A stretch of DNA of 64,000 nt from Hyphomicrobiales bacterium (GTDB taxonomy: Bacteria > Pseudomonadota > Alphaproteobacteria > Rhizobiales > Aestuariivirgaceae): positions 9,270 through 73,269 of the forward strand of contig JANNNG010000226.1 in the NCBI GenBank assembly GCA_031398425.1, given 5' to 3'. A program made the translations under genes and the position numbers. Below are positions 59,553-64,000 of the stretch, piece after piece (position 1 is the stretch's first letter; every line of letters begins with the position of its first letter). Below the pieces are notes generated by a model. It was not told the DNA's origin. It made no database searches and worked only from the letters and a program-made list of their open reading frames with translations.

Positions 59553-60812
59553 TTACTTGCTTAGGAACACCTGATCGGCAATCGCCGTTTTCACGGCTTC
59601 GAAGGCCGAGGACAAACCGGCTGGATCATTCACAACAAAGAAGTCGCGCACAGGGTCGGTTGCGCAATTCTGCAAGCGTTTGCGCGTGTCGGTGTCATCA
59701 AGGTCAAATGCCATGGTCATGATGGTGATGCCATCGGCCTTGGCATTCTTGCAAAGCTGTTCGAGATTGGCCTCGCCATCTTCCTTGGTGCGCGAACCTC
59801 CAGGGCCGAAGGAAGACATGGTCTGCATGCCGTCGGTCAACACAACCAGGAATTTCTTGGTCTCTTTGTCGTTGAACGGCTGGCCTCTTGTGAATGGCGC
59901 ATTGGGAGACAGCATGTGATAGCCAAACTCCACGCCCAGCGCGATGTGCGTATACTCGTAGGGACGCATGATATCCAGCTGGCCCGTGACAGAATCAAAG
60001 TCCTTTGTCAGGTCGAGTGTTTTCAGGTTGCGCGACTTGTAATCAGCACAAGCACCGCCAAACGCCATGTCCCAGGGCTGGTTCCATTTCGTCGTCACAG
60101 ACACAGTGGGGGTGGCTGCACCAAGATTGGCGGGATAAGGACGGTCCTGTGTGCAACCTGTCCATGATGCGCCGGTGCCGCCCAGCACATGTGATCCGGG
60201 CAGTGTGGTGTAGACATGGTGCGAGAAAGGCACGAGGCCAAACTGCACCTTGTCGGGGTCGCTCGCCTTCAGGTCATTGACCATCTTTTTTGCAGCGTCC
60301 TTCATGGCGACATACTTGACCTTGCCACCCACGCGGTCCCGCATGGAACCGGAATAATCGAGCACCAGGGCAATCTCAGCTTTCTTGTCGCCATTGATAC
60401 CAACTTCGGCCCGGCTCACGCCCTCCATCTCATTGATACCGGCAACCTGCATGAGGGCTGTCGGCACCTTTACTTTGACTTCGCCGACAAACTTGTCCTT
60501 GACCACCTTGAACACGGGATCTTCCGTCATTCCCTTGGCGGGGCCTTTCGCCATGTTCTGTTTGAACATGGCTTCGGCAATTTCAACGCGCTTGGCATCC
60601 GTTACCTTCTTCGCGGCAGCGCCGGCAAGGGCCGCTGAATCGAGAGCGGCCTGCACATGGGTTTGCCCGGAATTGAAGCGCACGAAGTCAATCGCCGCAC
60701 CCGAAGCAACCGTCATCGGAATGACCGCCAAGCCCATCATCACGGCAATTGTGCCTTTCTGGTCATTGGTAAAACGTTTCCACAGGGTTTTCACTGTCAA
60801 TGCGCGCGTCAT
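59553..60812 (-). CDS. TadG/CpaL-like pilus-associated protein with VWA domain
   Basis: Prepilin-like N-terminus (DQKG-TIAVMMGL), LVLDYSGSM MIDAS motif, LTDG. Confidence 0.88.
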   Translation of the reverse strand: MTRALTVKTLWKRFTNDQKGTIAVMMGLAVIPMTVASGAAIDFVRFNSGQTHVQAALDSAALAGAAAKKVTDAKRVEIAEAMFKQNMAKGPAKGMTEDPVFKVVKDKFVGEVKVKVPTALMQVAGINEMEGVSRAEVGINGDKKAEIALVLDYSGSMRDRVGGKVKYVAMKDAAKKMVNDLKASDPDKVQFGLVPFSHHVYTTLPGSHVLGGTGASWTGCTQDRPYPANLGAATPTVSVTTKWNQPWDMAFGGACADYKSRNLKTLDLTKDFDSVTGQLDIMRPYEYTHIALGVEFGYHMLSPNAPFTRGQPFNDKETKKFLVVLTDGMQTMSSFGPGGSRTKEDGEANLEQLCKNAKADGITIMTMAFDLDDTDTRKRLQNCATDPVRDFFVVNDPAGLSSAFEAVKTAIADQVFLSK

Positions 60813-60916
60813 AAGTCTCTCCTGTTTCATTCCGGCACAAGGGCCGGGGTCATGAAACAGGAGGAGCAAGCACTGTGACGGATTGGGCGGTCAGCATCGG
60901 CAAGGTCAAATGCTGG

Positions 60917-60932
60917 TTATCGAAGTCTTAAC
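60917..60932. promoter_or_regulatory. CtrA-like box upstream of the TadG-like gene
   Basis: TTAT-cgaagtc-TTAAC. Confidence 0.5.
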
Positions 60933-60940
60933 GAGACGTA

Positions 60941-61543
60941 TCAGAACGGGCGTCTAGCGCGGATGGCTTGCGTGAGCGTGCCCTCATCGAGATAGTCAAG
61001 TTCGCCGCCCACGGGCACACCATGGGCCAGGCGAGACGTGGCAAGACCGCGTTCTTTCAGCCGTTCGGTGATGTAGTGTGCCGTGGTCTGGCCTTCGACC
61101 GTGGCATTGGTCGCGAGCACCACTTCCTTGACAATTCCATCGCTGGCACGATCAACCAGTTGACCGATCGACAGATCATCCGGCGTCACACCACCGAGAG
61201 CCGACAGGGTGCCACCAAGCACGTGATACAATCCACCCCAGGCATTGGCCCGCTCCAGCGCCCACACGTCGCCCACTTCTTCAACGACACAGAGCAGGCT
61301 GCGATCCCGGCGCGGGTCAATGCAGACAGAACACGGATTGAGCGTATCGACATTGCCACAATCCCGACAAACCGAAACCTTCTCCCGGGCATCCTCAAGC
61401 GCGCGAGTCAGCGGCGTCAAAAGTTTTTCGCGATTTTTGACCAGGTGCAAAACCGCCCGCCTGGCCGAACGCGGCCCCAACCCCGGCAGCCGCGCCAGGA
61501 GCTGGATCAGCTTTTCAATTTCAGGCCCGGCCTGGCGCTTCAT
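60941..61543 (-). CDS. recR: Recombination mediator RecR
   Basis: [12 protein letters not shown]4 zinc finger, Toprim ([12 protein letters not shown]), YLDEGTL. Confidence 0.98.
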   Translation of the reverse strand: MKRQAGPEIEKLIQLLARLPGLGPRSARRAVLHLVKNREKLLTPLTRALEDAREKVSVCRDCGNVDTLNPCSVCIDPRRDRSLLCVVEEVGDVWALERANAWGGLYHVLGGTLSALGGVTPDDLSIGQLVDRASDGIVKEVVLATNATVEGQTTAHYITERLKERGLATSRLAHGVPVGGELDYLDEGTLTQAIRARRPF

Positions 61544-61545
61544 GC

Positions 61546-61869
61546 TCAAAACGGCAGCTTCATCCCCGGCGGCAGCTGCATTCCACCGGTGATCGACTTC
61601 ATTTCCTCAGCCGCCGCCGTTTCAACCTTGCCCTTTGCGTCAGCATGGGCCGCCACCAGCAGGTCTTCGAGGATTTCGCGCTCATCCTCTTTCATCAGAG
61701 AGGGATCAATCGACACCGACTGTAACGCCGCCTTGCCATTCATCGTGACTTTTACAAGTCCACCCCCCGACTGCCCGGTAATGACAAGACTTTCGAGCTT
61801 GGTCTGCATGTCGCCCATCTTGCTTTGCATGGACGAAACCTGTTTCATGATGTCAGCGAGATTCTTCAT
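61546..61869 (-). CDS. ybaB: YbaB/EbfC nucleoid-associated protein
   Basis: [28 protein letters not shown]. Confidence 0.96.
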   Translation of the reverse strand: MKNLADIMKQVSSMQSKMGDMQTKLESLVITGQSGGGLVKVTMNGKAALQSVSIDPSLMKEDEREILEDLLVAAHADAKGKVETAAAEEMKSITGGMQLPPGMKLPF

Positions 61870-63562
61870 CTTGATCTTCCGTTGGGGTTTCAATTGTGGT
61901 GAAGCTGTCGGGGTCGCGGACCTTGACGATCTCGGCTCCGGGGAAAGTTTTGAGAATGGCCTGCACATCGGGCATCTCGCGCACTTCGCGGTCCGCCGTC
62001 AGGCGCGCTTCCTTCTTCTGACTGGCCAAGGTGGCAGCGCCACCGGATGAGGCCACCAGCACCATGAAGCGGCGTCCCGTCCAGGCCTCCAGCTTGCGGC
62101 TCAATTCATTGGTGAGTGATGTGGGCGCTCCGGGTTCCAGCGACAATTCGATTCTGCCATCGGACACTGAAATAGGCCGTACATAACGCTCCAGGTCCGA
62201 CTTCAATTTCAGGTCGCGTTTTTCGTTGGCCAAAGCCACGATCTCATCAAAGCGCGACATCATCGGGGCGGATGCGGGCACTTCAACGCGGGGCGGTTCT
62301 ACAGTTTTCAACGCAACCGCAGAGCCACCTGCGCCGCTGGAAAACTCCGTACGCTGAATATCACGGCGCAGCGGCGTGGGTGTTGAAGACGCGGATGGTT
62401 GCTCCTTCACAAGCCTTGCAAGGTCATCCCCCACCGGCAAGTCCGAAGCGTGGCAGAGGCGGATCAGAACCATTTCAGCGGCCTGGTCCGGTCGTGACGC
62501 CACAGCCGTTTCGGCAATGCCCTTGAGCAGCATTTGCCAGGCGCGGGCGAGATGCGGCACTGTCAGACTGTTGGCAAACGCTGCTCCCCGCTGTTTTTCA
62601 ATACTGCTCCGTGTACCATCCTGCGCAGCGGAGGCAGGCACAATCTTGTTGCGCGTCACCCAATGGGTGAAATCTGCAAGATCAGTCAAGATCGTCTGCG
62701 GGTCACCGCCACCATCATATTGCGCGGCAAATTCAGACAGCGCTTTTTCGGTATCGCCCTGCATCACGGCCTCAAACAATTCAATGACCCGCGTGCGGTC
62801 CATGACCCCCAACATCGACAGCACGTCGGCCGTTTTAACCGTGCCATCACCATAGGCAATCGCCTGATCCAGCAGCGACAAGCCATCCCGCACAGAGCCC
62901 TCGGCAGCCCGCGCGATCATCCGCAGCGCCTCTTCATCCGCTTCAGTATTTTCAAGTTTCGCAATGCGGGCGTAGTGCTCGGTGAGCAATCCCGCGTCCA
63001 GCCGCTTCAAATCAAAGCGCTGGCAGCGCGACAGAATGGTGACGGGAACTTTCCGAATTTCAGTCGTGGCAAAGATGAACTTCACATGCGGCGGTGGTTC
63101 TTCCAGCGTTTTCAGAAGCGCGTTGAACGCACTCTTAGACAACATGTGCACTTCGTCGATGATGTAGACCTTGGTGCGCACTTCGAGCGGTGCATAACGC
63201 ACCGACTCGATGATCTCGCGCATATTGTCGACGCCCGTATTGGAGGCCGCATCCATCTCGATCACATCAATATGGCGCGATTCCAATATAGCTTCGCACT
63301 GGGGCGTGATCTCGCCCATGTCGACGCTGGGACCAGAAGGATAGTTCAAGGCCCGGGCAATCAAACGCGCCGTCGTGGTCTTGCCAACACCGCGCACGCC
63401 CGTCAGCATATAGGCCTGCGCAATGCGGCCCGTGGCAAAGGCATTGGTGAGCGTGCGCACCAGCGCCTCCTGGCCGATCAGGTCGGCAAAGGTCTTCGGG
63501 CGGTACTTGCGCGCCAGAACGCGATAACCTGCGGGGTTCGAAGCTGTGGCCTGATCAGACAT
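61853..63562 (-). CDS. dnaX: DNA polymerase III subunit gamma/tau
   Basis: VLARKYRP, GVRGVGKTT, IIDEVHML, SRCQRF. Confidence 0.98.
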   Translation of the reverse strand: MSDQATASNPAGYRVLARKYRPKTFADLIGQEALVRTLTNAFATGRIAQAYMLTGVRGVGKTTTARLIARALNYPSGPSVDMGEITPQCEAILESRHIDVIEMDAASNTGVDNMREIIESVRYAPLEVRTKVYIIDEVHMLSKSAFNALLKTLEEPPPHVKFIFATTEIRKVPVTILSRCQRFDLKRLDAGLLTEHYARIAKLENTEADEEALRMIARAAEGSVRDGLSLLDQAIAYGDGTVKTADVLSMLGVMDRTRVIELFEAVMQGDTEKALSEFAAQYDGGGDPQTILTDLADFTHWVTRNKIVPASAAQDGTRSSIEKQRGAAFANSLTVPHLARAWQMLLKGIAETAVASRPDQAAEMVLIRLCHASDLPVGDDLARLVKEQPSASSTPTPLRRDIQRTEFSSGAGGSAVALKTVEPPRVEVPASAPMMSRFDEIVALANEKRDLKLKSDLERYVRPISVSDGRIELSLEPGAPTSLTNELSRKLEAWTGRRFMVLVASSGGAATLASQKKEARLTADREVREMPDVQAILKTFPGAEIVKVRDPDSFTTIETPTEDQDEESR

Positions 63563-63604
63563 GGCTTGGTCTTAGCGCAGGCTGTGAGCCGATTGCGAGG
63601 GGGA

Positions 63605-63702
63605 AAGTGGAAGGCCGGCAACAACCCGCTAAAATCTCGTTGGGGCTGCTACCTTCCGGTCCTGACCCGGTTGGCGAGCCTAACGCCTGCACCAACCTTC
63701 CG
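63605..63702 (-). ncRNA. ffs: Signal recognition particle RNA (4.5S)
   Basis: Minus strand contains CCGGGTCAGGACCGGAAGGTAGCAGCC (helix 8) within a long hairpin, upstream of dnaX. Confidence 0.95.
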
Positions 63703-63824
63703 GGCCGCTATATGGTGGTTTTGGCGGCGAATGGCAAGCGTTGGAACAAAACCTTGTCAGGGCCTGGATTTGCCCTTAGAGACCGCCGTGATTTTGCCAA
63801 GCAGACAGAGTGTGTTCTCCTCCA

Positions 63825-64000
63825 ATGTCCGTCGCCAATACACTCAAACAATCGGCCAAGCGTCTCTTCGGAAAAAATGCCGTACGTGATGTCCGTGCGT
63901 TGAAACTGAACGTCGAGAAAAAACTTTACACAAAACCAATCACCAGAGACGATTTGCGCACAGCACTCGAACAGGTGGGCACTTGGCGCAATCAGGTTGT
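63825..64000 (+). CDS. Partial ORF running off the window, possibly aminoglycoside 3-N-acetyltransferase family
   Basis: MSVANTLKQSAKRLFGKNAVRDVRALKLNVEKKLYTKPITRDDLRTALEQVGTWRNQV. The last part resembles the AAC(3)-family N-terminal helix, but the family-defining motifs lie beyond the window. Confidence 0.4.
   Translation, partial: MSVANTLKQSAKRLFGKNAVRDVRALKLNVEKKLYTKPITRDDLRTALEQVGTWRNQV

Overview
Chromosomal segment of an alphaproteobacterium, most likely Hyphomicrobiales (Rhizobiales). The assignment rests on class I LysRS, PodJ, YejABEF, CtrA-type boxes and the ffs-dnaX-ybaB-recR block. The window is mostly core genes: clpB, typA, ptsP, lysC, ubiG, grxC, comF, rpe, gap, pepA-like, yejABEF, cycM, kdsB, pheA, nudC, podJ, pdeM-lhr, dinF, terB-dinG, lysS, pip, rmuC, recR, dnaX. 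It also holds two tRNAs, the SRP RNA, a ParDE toxin-antitoxin pair and an 11-kb amino-sugar (GlcNAc/MurNAc) uptake and catabolism locus. I saw no integrase, transposase, prophage gene or CRISPR array. Five observations stand out. (i) Two genes have a second, slightly diverged copy of their 3' end: ptsP (68 bp, 3.4 kb away) and the TadD-like gene (23 bp, in tandem). Five of the six differences are synonymous, which looks like integration or allele-replacement scars. (ii) An intact PPM/PP2C-fold phosphatase and a Gfo/Idh/MocA oxidoreductase are translationally coupled to the nagK-nagQ-nagB-nagA operon. (iii) There is a structured sRNA candidate with an anti-Shine-Dalgarno motif between pip and rmuC. 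(iv) A TA-flanked MITE supplies a gene's stop codon. (v) Several families of palindromic intergenic repeats are present. All calls come from reading the sequence and recalling family motifs; no searches were run.
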